Shown: positions 9,102-17,244 of the stretch, one piece after another
How positions within the stretch are numbered: the stretch's first letter is position 1
Layout of the letters: every line of letters starts with the position of its first letter
DNA from: Candidatus Woesearchaeota archaeon
Lineage (GTDB): Archaea; Nanobdellota; Nanobdellia; SCGC-AAA011-G17; UBA489
Direction of reading: 5' to 3'
Assembly: GCA_018655015.1 (NCBI GenBank)
Contig: JABIKK010000011.1
Coordinates: forward strand, 1,323 to 65,322
DNA: 64,000 bases
Position numbers and translations under genes: made by a program
Notes under the pieces: model-generated
Seen by the model: only the letters and a program-made list of their open reading frames with translations
The model's database searches: none
What the model was told of the DNA's origin: nothing

Positions 9102-10381
9102 GGTTTGAACCTAGTCATTGTTCTGGGAAATCCAATTGCATCTTTGACATTATCTATTCCGCACATCCATGCAACTACTCTTTCTACGCCCATCCCAAAA
9201 CCAGAATGAGGAACAGAACCGTATTTTCTTAAATCCCAATAAAATTGGTAATCTTTTGGATCTTCTCCCTCTTTTTTTAGTTTTTCAGACATTCTTTCAA
9301 TGTCTAAGTCTCTTTGACTTCCACCTATGATCTCGCCATACCCTTCAGGAGCTATTACATCTAAGCATAATGAAGTTTTTCCATCTCCGCTTGGAGGTTT
9401 ATAGAACGCCATAATTTCTTCAGGGAAATGTGTTACAATTACAGGAGTGTCAAAATGTTTTGAAAGGTTATCTTCTTCTATTGTTCGTAAGTCTTTTCCC
9501 CATTTTATTTTCATTCCATCTTTCTTTTCTAGTAATTCTAAAACTTCGGAATAAGTCATCCTTTTGAAGGGAGCATCTGCTTTCTTTAATTTTTCAATGT
9601 CTCTCTCCAATATTTTTAGTTCTTCTTTTCTTTCTTTTAGAACTCTTTTAACAATAAATCTTAATAGGTTTTCAGTGTGATCTGAAAGTCCCTTTAAATC
9701 CATCCATGCAGCTTCCATTTCGGCCATGATGAATTCACTTAAATGTCTTGAAGTTTTACTTTTTTCTGCCCTGAATGTAGGGCTAAGACAAAATGTTTTT
9801 TCTAATGAGAATACTGAAGCTTCACCATATAATTGCCAAGTTTGTGCGAGATACATTTTTTCCTTGTAGTATTTTACTTCGAATAATGTACTTCCCCCCT
9901 CACTTTGAGTAGGTTGAAGAACTGGAGGTGTGAATTCAAAGTATCCTTCTTTTAGAAAATAATCTCTAAAAGCTTGTAAAACTGTATGTCTAACTTTCAT
10001 TATGGCAGTTAGTTTTCTGCTTCTAATGTATAAATGTCTAACATCTAATAAAAATTCAGGACTTACATCCCTACTTATTGGAAAAGAGTCGCTTGATCCA
10101 ATTAATTTTAAATCTGTTACCTGTAATTCGTAACCTGTTGGCGCACGCTTATCCTCTTTTAAAGTACCTTTAATTTCTAAAGAAGATTCAACTGTTACTT
10201 TTTGAGCTTCGTCCCAAACTTTATTTTCCGGTTTTATTACACATTGTATAATGTTTGATGAATCTCTAAGAACTATAAACTTTAATTTGTTTGAGCCTCT
10301 TTCCCTATGGGCCCAACCTCTAATGGAAACTTTTCCCTTTCCTTTGTTCAATGCTTCTTGAATTGAAATAAATTTATCCAT
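9098..10381 (-). CDS. asnS: asparaginyl-tRNA synthetase
   Basis: Class IIb aaRS: OB-fold N-terminus, motif 2 FRAEKSKTSRHLSEF, motif 3 GFGMGVERVVAWMCG. 427 aa with an FPR...R..P end, typical of AsnRS. Confidence 0.85.
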   Translation of the reverse strand: MDKFISIQEALNKGKGKVSIRGWAHRERGSNKLKFIVLRDSSNIIQCVIKPENKVWDEAQKVTVESSLEIKGTLKEDKRAPTGYELQVTDLKLIGSSDSFPISRDVSPEFLLDVRHLYIRSRKLTAIMKVRHTVLQAFRDYFLKEGYFEFTPPVLQPTQSEGGSTLFEVKYYKEKMYLAQTWQLYGEASVFSLEKTFCLSPTFRAEKSKTSRHLSEFIMAEMEAAWMDLKGLSDHTENLLRFIVKRVLKERKEELKILERDIEKLKKADAPFKRMTYSEVLELLEKKDGMKIKWGKDLRTIEEDNLSKHFDTPVIVTHFPEEIMAFYKPPSGDGKTSLCLDVIAPEGYGEIIGGSQRDLDIERMSEKLKKEGEDPKDYQFYWDLRKYGSVPHSGFGMGVERVVAWMCGIDNVKDAIGFPRTMTRFKP

Positions 10382-10419
10382 AGTTTACTGAAAAATATAA
10401 TGTTTAAATATGTTTGGAA

Positions 10420-11730
10420 TTAAGGGGTAAGCCTTTCTGGGTCCCTAGGAAGAAGAATTGCTTCTCTGATGTTACTTAGCTTTAGAAGTCTTTGGACCAT
10501 TCTATCTAATCCAAGACCAATTCCGCCATGTGGAGGACATCCAAATTTGAATATATCTGCGTATTCTTTCATTGAATCTAAATCGATCCCTTTTTCTTTT
10601 GCTTGTTTTTTTAGTACATCATACCTATGCTCACGTTGGGCACCTGTTGCAATTTCTACACCATTCCAAATTAGGTCAAAGGAGCAAGTTCCTTCATTGT
10701 CACCCTCTGGCTTCATATGGTAAAAAGGCCTTATGCTCCAAGGATAGTTAGTAACAAAAACAAAGTTGGAATTGTGTTTCTCTGCAATAATTTCTCCAAG
10801 AATGCTTTCTGCTTCTGAGTCTAAATCTTCTTTCTCACTTAATTTCTTTCCTTTTCCTGCAAGTAGTTTTTTTGCTTCCTGCATTGTTATTCTTGGAATA
10901 TTTTTTGGAGGTGTGAGTTCTATTTTTAATGTTTCTAAATCTTTTGTAGAATTTTTATTTACATAGTTTATTATGTGGATAAAAAGTTTCTCAACAGCAT
11001 CCATTACATCACCCATATCTTTGATGAATCCCATTTCCATATCTACACCTGTAAACTCTGTAACATGTCTTGTAGTGTGACTTTTTTCTGCCCTGAATAC
11101 TGTTCCAATTTCATAAACTTTTTCAAAACCTGCTGCAACCATCATCTGTTTGTATATTTGTGGCGATTGTGAAAGGAAAGCTTCCTTGTTAAAATATTTT
11201 ACCGCGAACATTTCAGCTCCAGACTCTACACCTGCGGCAGTAATCTTTGGTGTTGAAATATTTGTAAAACCTTCTGAATCAAAAAATTCTGTGACGGCCC
11301 TAACAACTGCACTTCGGATATTGAATATTGCCCTTATTTCTGGTCTTCTTACATCTAAAAATCTATAATCAATTCTCTTGTCAATATTTGTGTTTGATTT
11401 TGGAGTTGTATCAATTGGTAATGGTGTTTCAGCTTTGTTTAATATTTCAAAATTTTCAATAACAACTTCATATCCAATCTTTGCAACTTTGTTTTTCTTT
11501 AGAGTTCCCTCAATAGATAATGAACTCTCGGGAGGTATTTTTGTAATTTCTTCAAATTTATCGTTAGGAGTTTTATCCTTAACTGCTACAGCCTGTATTT
11601 CTCCAGTTTTATCTCTAAGAATTACGAATTTAACCTTGCTTAGGTCTTTTATATGTGCAGCCCATCCCTTGATAAGAACTTTTTCTCCATCTTTCACATC
11701 TTTTAGGTCTTGAATATATGTTCTTAACAT
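10420..11730 (-). CDS. aspS: aspartyl-tRNA synthetase, archaeal type
   Basis: FRAEKSHTTRHVTEF, GGIGLGLDRMV, and the C-terminal LLPRDPERLTP typical of archaeal AspRS. Confidence 0.9.
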   Translation of the reverse strand: MLRTYIQDLKDVKDGEKVLIKGWAAHIKDLSKVKFVILRDKTGEIQAVAVKDKTPNDKFEEITKIPPESSLSIEGTLKKNKVAKIGYEVVIENFEILNKAETPLPIDTTPKSNTNIDKRIDYRFLDVRRPEIRAIFNIRSAVVRAVTEFFDSEGFTNISTPKITAAGVESGAEMFAVKYFNKEAFLSQSPQIYKQMMVAAGFEKVYEIGTVFRAEKSHTTRHVTEFTGVDMEMGFIKDMGDVMDAVEKLFIHIINYVNKNSTKDLETLKIELTPPKNIPRITMQEAKKLLAGKGKKLSEKEDLDSEAESILGEIIAEKHNSNFVFVTNYPWSIRPFYHMKPEGDNEGTCSFDLIWNGVEIATGAQREHRYDVLKKQAKEKGIDLDSMKEYADIFKFGCPPHGGIGLGLDRMVQRLLKLSNIREAILLPRDPERLTP

Positions 11731-11770
11731 GGTTTAGAATGATTTTGAGTAGTATTTAAAATTGTTGATG

Positions 11771-13195
11771 TTAGAGATTTGCCTTTATGATCTCCATAAC
11801 CTTCTTTCCATTAACTTTTCCACGATATTTAGACATGATCATCCCCATTAATGCATTTGGTGAGAGTTTTTTGTTTGACTTAACCATTGCTTTGATTTCA
11901 GATTCTATTCCTGAAGTTGAAACTTTCTTAAATTTCTTTAGATTAATCTTATTTCCTTTAGCAACGTCAGTTAAAATTTCTAATATGGCAGATTCATTAA
12001 TAGTTTTATTTTCAATTGCCTTGAAAACTTCTTCATAACTAGATCTGTTTATTTTTTCAGTAGTTAAATTAAATCTCTTTGAAATTTCTTTAGGAATTTC
12101 AATTAAAGATTTTGCAATTAGTTCTGGAGATATCTTAAATGTTTTAACATACTTTTCAAAATCTTCATTGTGAACTAATTCCTGTGCTATCTGCGAAGAT
12201 AAATTATATCTTTTTTCTAATTTCATTACTTTCTCAGTTAATAGTTCCGGAAGTTTTATTTTCAATAAGAATTCTTTTTCCAAGGGAATTGGAGGTACAT
12301 CTGTTTCTGGATACATTCTTGCTGCTCCGGGCATGGGTCTTAAGAATGAAGTTGTGAAATCTGGATCTGCTTTTCTTACATGGGATGCAGTTTTTTTCTT
12401 AGATTTTATTTCAGATAATTCTCTTTTAGTTTCATAAAGTATGATCTTTGGAATACTTTTCAAATCCTGAAACCCTTTAATTTCTACCCTGGGATGCCCC
12501 TTGATTGAAATGTTTACATCCTGCCTAATGGTCCCTATTCCCCTTTTAACACGATTTGTAGACCTTAGAATCATCCCTAATATTAAAGCAACTTCCTTGC
12601 AATGTTCGGGATCTTTTATTGAAGCATCAGTTGCAATTTCTATTAATGGAACTCCTAAACGGTCCAGTCTAAATTTAACATGACCATCTTTCTTTTCAAC
12701 TTTTTTTGCAGATTCCTCTTCTAAACAAACTGAATCAACAATTACTTTTCCCTTTGAAGTTTCTATGTATCCGTCTGTTGCAACTAACATTGTTCTCTGA
12801 AAACCTGAAACATTTGAACCATCAACAACAGTTTTCCTCATAACCCTTATTTCATCAACAGGTTTTGCGTTAAGCAATAATGCAACTTGAAGTACAATGT
12901 CTAATGCATTTTTGTTAACCTCTTTAGGGGGTTCTTCATCTAACTCAATTAAACATGATGATGATGAGCAGGCCTCATAAATATTTTTTAGATCTTTTTT
13001 TATTTCATATGCTGCAGCTGCATCAACTTTTCCAGTTTCCCCTGCAACAGCTCTTAATTTTCTTTCAATTTTAATATTAGGATTACTATCATGGACAATT
13101 GAAGGACAATTGCAGAATAATTTATGAGTTTCCAATTGCTGGTGAATTTCTAACCCGCATTTGAAACCTAATTTTTTGTAATCTAAATCAGTCAT
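11771..13195 (-). CDS. gatE: Glu-tRNA(Gln) amidotransferase subunit E (short form)
   Basis: GLEIHQQLETHKLFCNC (a GatE-type HQQL motif), LDRLGVPLIEIAT, PGAARMYPETD. There is an 8-nt overlap (ATGACTGA) with gatD. At 474 aa it is shorter than the roughly 600 aa I expect for GatE. Confidence 0.75.
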   Translation of the reverse strand: MTDLDYKKLGFKCGLEIHQQLETHKLFCNCPSIVHDSNPNIKIERKLRAVAGETGKVDAAAAYEIKKDLKNIYEACSSSSCLIELDEEPPKEVNKNALDIVLQVALLLNAKPVDEIRVMRKTVVDGSNVSGFQRTMLVATDGYIETSKGKVIVDSVCLEEESAKKVEKKDGHVKFRLDRLGVPLIEIATDASIKDPEHCKEVALILGMILRSTNRVKRGIGTIRQDVNISIKGHPRVEIKGFQDLKSIPKIILYETKRELSEIKSKKKTASHVRKADPDFTTSFLRPMPGAARMYPETDVPPIPLEKEFLLKIKLPELLTEKVMKLEKRYNLSSQIAQELVHNEDFEKYVKTFKISPELIAKSLIEIPKEISKRFNLTTEKINRSSYEEVFKAIENKTINESAILEILTDVAKGNKINLKKFKKVSTSGIESEIKAMVKSNKKLSPNALMGMIMSKYRGKVNGKKVMEIIKANL

Positions 13196-14489
13196 TGTAT
13201 AAAGTTCTCTCTGAAATTTCGCCTCTTAAATTTTCATGGTAAAGTTCTTTTATATCTTTTTTATTATAATTGCTCAATAACCATGCCAATTTGATAAATG
13301 CTGTTTCAGGAAGCATATCTGTATGGTTGCCCCAGACACCGGAATCGAGGATTTTACGCCCATAGGAGTAAACATTCATATTTACTCTACCAAATACACA
13401 TTGGGTAGTCATTGTAACGGGTATTTCCTTGGTTAAACTTGTTATTGTCTTAATTGTTTTTTCATTTTCTTTTGTAAATTCATCAACGCATTCAACAGGC
13501 CCATTTCCTAATCCAGTCCCTTCAATTATTAGACCATCGAATTTCTTAACGGGTTCTAACATGGAACTTTGGAAATGTGGATGGAATCTTAAAATTCCTA
13601 ATTTTAGTTTAGGATTCAATAATTTTAACTTTAGTTTGGAATTATTTCTTTTTTTGTGGTGTGTTTCTGGGAAAAATTCTATGTTTTCAGTTGTTACCTT
13701 AGCTATAGGGGTAGTATTAATTGGTTGAAATGTATTTCTTCTGGAAGAATGTAGTTTTTTGGTTTTGCAAGCAGGAAGAACATTGCAGTAATCATCTTCT
13801 GATGAGCCATGCATACATATAGCTACTCCTGCGAAGTTGGCTTCTTTTGCAAATTTAACGGCACAGTATAAGTTGAGGAATGCGTCAGATGATCCTCTAT
13901 CTGAAGACCTTTGTGATGCAGTGAAGATTACAGGTATCTCTATTCCTTCCAAAATAAAGCTAAGTGCGGCAGATGCATAAGTTAGCGCATCTGTTCCTAG
14001 AGTCACTATTATTCCTTTAACTCCTTTTTTTACTTCTTTTTCGACTGCTTTTGCTAGTAAATTAAAATGGTTAAAATTCATATTGCTAGACCACATATTT
14101 CTAACTAGCTTAGAATCGATATTTGCTAAACTCTTGATTTCGGGGAACATAGAGACTATATCCTCAGGTGAGAACTGTGAAAGAACAGCACCTGTTTCGT
14201 AGTCTACTTTCGAGGCAATTGTTCCACCAGTATGAAGAATTGAGATAGTTGGTAAGTTCTTGTTAGTTTTTAATTTAGGCAACTTGGTCTTCTTTGTAAT
14301 TTGTTTCTTTAGTGTTTTTGTTTCTTTAATATTCTTACTTAGTATTCCAATATTGTAACCTGAAGATAATTTTAGAACTACTTTTTGATTAGTTGTGTCA
14401 GGAAGAACAAGACCTTCGAAGGTTCTTGCATCCTTAGTAATTATTTTTATTTTAGTGTTAATAGTAATGTTTTTTTTCAACTTAAACAC
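13188..14489 (-). CDS. gatD: Glu-tRNA(Gln) amidotransferase subunit D (asparaginase-like)
   Basis: Asparaginase-fold motifs ILHTGGTIASK and TLGTDALTYA. Coupled to gatE. GTG start. Confidence 0.85.
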   Translation of the reverse strand: MFKLKKNITINTKIKIITKDARTFEGLVLPDTTNQKVVLKLSSGYNIGILSKNIKETKTLKKQITKKTKLPKLKTNKNLPTISILHTGGTIASKVDYETGAVLSQFSPEDIVSMFPEIKSLANIDSKLVRNMWSSNMNFNHFNLLAKAVEKEVKKGVKGIIVTLGTDALTYASAALSFILEGIEIPVIFTASQRSSDRGSSDAFLNLYCAVKFAKEANFAGVAICMHGSSEDDYCNVLPACKTKKLHSSRRNTFQPINTTPIAKVTTENIEFFPETHHKKRNNSKLKLKLLNPKLKLGILRFHPHFQSSMLEPVKKFDGLIIEGTGLGNGPVECVDEFTKENEKTIKTITSLTKEIPVTMTTQCVFGRVNMNVYSYGRKILDSGVWGNHTDMLPETAFIKLAWLLSNYNKKDIKELYHENLRGEISERTLYND

Positions 14490-14632
14490 GCTCTTTTTAG
14501 TAATTTACTATTGAATGAATTAATTTTAGTAATTGGTTAAATAACCATTTATATTTTACAGATTATATATTACAGTGTAGTAGATATTTATATATAACTT
14601 TCGTTACACTAATAGAATTAAAACTTAGTTAC

Positions 14633-14709
14633 GTTGTTCGGCTAAAACAACTACTGGCTATCGTTAAGTTCGGCTAAAACTTAACCTCAAACAGATCGGC
14701 TAAATCCGT
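14633..14709. repeat. three adjacent stem-loops with identical 7-nt loop CGGCTAA and different stems
   Basis: GTTGTT-CGGCTAA-AACAAC (14633-14651), GTTAAGTT-CGGCTAA-AACTTAAC (14663-14685) and ACAGAT-CGGCTAA-ATCCGT (14691-14709, one A.C mismatch). Confidence 0.7.
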
Positions 14710-14745
14710 GTGTATAGATTATAGTTTGACTAATTTCTGGGAGCG

Positions 14746-14769
14746 ATTAAATCATTAAATCATTAAACC
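14746..14769. repeat. tandem 8-mer ATTAAATC x3 (last copy ATTAAACC)
   Basis: Read directly: ATTAAATC ATTAAATC ATTAAACC. Confidence 0.7.
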
Positions 14770-14838
14770 TCTGAGTAAGTTGTAGTTAGAACTATAATAT
14801 AAAGATTATTGTGGTCTAGCATACAAACAATCGCAATC

Positions 14839-14850
14839 AAATATAAAAAA
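14839..14850 (+). promoter_or_regulatory. TATA-like element (AATATAAAAAAT) upstream of ftsZ
   Basis: 26-37 nt upstream of ATG 14876. A GGGGG run lies 11 nt upstream of the ATG. Confidence 0.45.
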
Positions 14851-14875
14851 TAACCTAACGGGGGAAAAAGACAAA

Positions 14876-15973
14876 ATGGAAAATTTAATACAAGACGCAT
14901 TGAAAAATGCACCAGTAATAGAACCGAACGTTATAGGAGAAGCTAACATTCGTGTAATTGGATGTGGCGGTGGTGGAGGAAACATGGTTTCTTGGCTACA
15001 CAAAAAAGGAGTTAAGGGTGCAAAAATATTTGCTGTTAACACAGATAAACAACACTTGGATATGACAAGTTGTGATGGCAGGTTCCTAATTGGAGCTGAT
15101 TTAACAAGAGGACTTGGATGTGGCGGATTTCCTGAAAGGGGAAGAGAGGCTGCAAAAGAATCTTCTCATGACATAAAGAATTTTATAAAAGACGCAGATA
15201 TGGTATTCGTATGTGCTGGACTTGGAGGTGGAACAGGAACTGGATGTGCTCCAGTTGTTGCATCATTAGCTAAGGAAACAGGTGCAATTGTTATTGGAAC
15301 TGTTACCATGCCTTTCGAAATTGAAAGAGCTAGAGTTGATAAAGCTGAGTTTGGTTTACAACAATTAAGAGAAGAATGTGATACTGTTATTGTTATTGAC
15401 AATAATAGATTAGTAAACATCGCAGGAAATCTACCAATTCAACAGGCATTCGCTGTTGCAAATGAATTGATTTCAACAATGATTAAAGGAATCGTGGAGA
15501 CAATTGCAATCCCATCATTAGTTAACTTAGACTATGCTGATGTAAGAGCAATAATGGCTAATGGTGATGTTGCTATAATCGGTATTGGCGAATCTGATAC
15601 AGAATCACGTGTTGAAGAAGCTACAAGAAGAGCCTTGACTAACCCATTATTAGATGTTAGTTACGATGGTGCAAGTGGTGCTTTGATACATGTAAGTGGA
15701 GGAGATGATCTAACATTGGATGAAGTTAATAGAATCGGAGAGATCATCACAGAAGCTCTAGATGCCGATGCAAACGTAATCTGGGGAGCGAGGATTGACC
15801 CTGGCATGGCTGGAAGATTGAGGATTATGACCATTATAACTGGCGTAACTTCACCTTACATCCTTGGCAAGTCAAACCACTCAGAGGTGACTAGGCAAGC
15901 AGTTCAGGTCGCGGACGACCTTGGCATCGACATGGTTGGCTATGAAAATCAGCCGACCCAGAGATCATACTAA
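14876..15973 (+). CDS. ftsZ: cell division protein FtsZ
   Basis: Tubulin/FtsZ signatures GCGGGGGN and GLGGGTGTGCAP, followed by the NELISTMIKGI region. Confidence 0.95.
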   Translation: MENLIQDALKNAPVIEPNVIGEANIRVIGCGGGGGNMVSWLHKKGVKGAKIFAVNTDKQHLDMTSCDGRFLIGADLTRGLGCGGFPERGREAAKESSHDIKNFIKDADMVFVCAGLGGGTGTGCAPVVASLAKETGAIVIGTVTMPFEIERARVDKAEFGLQQLREECDTVIVIDNNRLVNIAGNLPIQQAFAVANELISTMIKGIVETIAIPSLVNLDYADVRAIMANGDVAIIGIGESDTESRVEEATRRALTNPLLDVSYDGASGALIHVSGGDDLTLDEVNRIGEIITEALDADANVIWGARIDPGMAGRLRIMTIITGVTSPYILGKSNHSEVTRQAVQVADDLGIDMVGYENQPTQRSY

Positions 15974-16004
15974 AAGGGCAAACCCCCAAAGTAGGCCCTT
16001 TTTC
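15972..16004 (+). terminator. hairpin plus T-run downstream of ftsZ
   Basis: AAAAGGGC ... GCCCTTTT stem (up to 8 bp, 15-nt loop) running into TTTTT. Confidence 0.4.
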
Positions 16005-16018
16005 GTGTCTTGTGTTTT

Positions 16019-16060
16019 GCTGATGCCACTTCTTAATCAGGCATCAGCTATTTTTTCTTT
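16019..16060 (+). terminator. strong hairpin plus T-rich tract (intrinsic-terminator-like)
   Basis: GCTGATGCC (16019-16027) pairs perfectly with GGCATCAGC (16040-16048). The loop is 12 nt and TATTTTTTCTTTTT follows. Confidence 0.55.
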
Positions 16061-16127
16061 TTGATAAAGTTTAAATAAGAGTTAATTAGATTTAGTTTAT
16101 TATAATTTATAACGAGGTGTTAAAATA

Positions 16128-16532
16128 ATGAAGATAAGAAAAACAGAAAATCATCATATGTTGCTTCTTCCAGTTTTACTTATACTTGCTGCCGCTTTTT
16201 TGGCAACTAGTATGACTGGTACATTTAGAACATCGGGTAATGAAATAACTGGTGCAAGTGTTAATTCTGTTGCATTGAGTAGGTGTGGTTGGAATGAACC
16301 TCCAAGTTCGGGAAAAGATGCTATTGGAAACAATTCTATGGAAAGGACTAGGTATTGTCCATATGATAAACCTGTGATTGTTTCTGGCGGATGTGAGAGT
16401 GATAATGATCAGGCTTATTTAACATTTGATAAACCAGAACTTACTAGATATAATGGGACTCAAGGATGGTCCTGTGGCCAATATGGAAGTAATAATGGCT
16501 TAAATGTTGATACCTTATGTTGTAGGATTTAA
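16128..16532 (+). CDS. hypothetical secreted Cys-rich protein
   Basis: A GAGGTG SD lies 8 nt upstream. Signal/TM segment (MLLLPVLLILAAAFLATS), 7 Cys, ends in CCRI. No family recognised. Confidence 0.55.
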   Translation: MKIRKTENHHMLLLPVLLILAAAFLATSMTGTFRTSGNEITGASVNSVALSRCGWNEPPSSGKDAIGNNSMERTRYCPYDKPVIVSGGCESDNDQAYLTFDKPELTRYNGTQGWSCGQYGSNNGLNVDTLCCRI

Positions 16533-16544
16533 TCTTACAACTAA

Positions 16545-17204
16545 TTATTTTTTTAATTTTTCTTTTGTTTTTCTTAGAAGTCCAGATGCTTTTAGTTTAG
16601 CTCTGTTTGTAGCCTGAGATGCTTTTTTTGTTGCTTTCCCAATTGGTTTTGAGATTGGCCAAGAATCTTTACCGAATACTTTCTTTCCCCAGGATTCGAA
16701 ATAAGTATGATACTTTAGGTCTTCCCTATCTTGGTCTTCATCTAATGAATTTGGATGGCCTATTGCGATTATTCCTTCGGGAGTTACATTGTATGGAATG
16801 TCTAAAACCATTCTTACTTTTTCTTCATCAAAGGCACCGACCATTGCGGTTCCGAGTCCCATGTCTGTTGCTTTTAATGTAATGTATGACGAAATTATTG
16901 CACAGTTTTGAATTGAGAATTTTTCTCCTTTTTCTTTGAACTTCTTTGTACACTCTTCTGTTTTATTACATATAACAATTAGGGCTGGAGCATCAACCAT
17001 CCACACTTGGCCATGACATTCATCTGCTAAAGCTTCTTTTTTCTCATTATCCCTCACTATAACAAAATACCAATTTTGAACATTTCCTGAAGATGGTGCA
17101 AATCTAGATATATCTAGTGCTTCTGCAATTGTGCCTGTTGAGAGGTCTTTTTTCTTGAAGTCTCTACAGGTTCTCCTTTCATGAATTATTTTGTCTAATT
17201 CCAT
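16545..17204 (-). CDS. nitroreductase family protein with Lys-rich C-terminal tail
   Basis: Motifs RRTCRDF and APSSGNVQNW are typical of the NADH-oxidase/nitroreductase fold. There is an extra basic tail of about 35 aa. Confidence 0.8.
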   Translation of the reverse strand: MELDKIIHERRTCRDFKKKDLSTGTIAEALDISRFAPSSGNVQNWYFVIVRDNEKKEALADECHGQVWMVDAPALIVICNKTEECTKKFKEKGEKFSIQNCAIISSYITLKATDMGLGTAMVGAFDEEKVRMVLDIPYNVTPEGIIAIGHPNSLDEDQDREDLKYHTYFESWGKKVFGKDSWPISKPIGKATKKASQATNRAKLKASGLLRKTKEKLKK

Positions 17205-17213
17205 CTAAGAAAG

Positions 17214-17221
17214 ATTTATAT
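17214..17221 (+). promoter_or_regulatory. TATA-like element (ATTTATAT) upstream of lig
   Basis: 24-31 nt upstream of ATG 17245. A second A/T box (17225-17237) is at the right distance for the divergent nitroreductase gene. Confidence 0.45.
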
Positions 17222-17244
17222 CTTGTATTTATTTAAGTTTTGCC

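Noticed and set aside
10469-11713. Five plus-strand ORFs (60-111 aa) within aspS, and similar short antisense ORFs inside proS, asnS, gatE, gatD, leuS, the ATPase and other genes
   Set aside because: All lie antisense to genes with clear family signatures. None has a recognisable motif or promoter/SD context.
14633-14709. Considered whether the repeated hairpins are a mini-CRISPR array
   Set aside because: The units are only 19-23 nt, differ in their stems, and have spacers of only 5-11 nt. There are no cas genes in the window.
14490-14875. Considered this 386-nt A/T-rich repeat-bearing spacer as a replication origin
   Set aside because: It is not adjacent to orc1/cdc6. The repeats are direct hairpin units, not ORB-like dyads flanking an unwinding element. 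I left it as an open alternative only.
14806-15042. 78-aa minus-strand ORF overlapping the ftsZ start
   Set aside because: It is antisense to ftsZ. The poly-Pro stretch is the complement of the GGxGG tubulin-signature codons.
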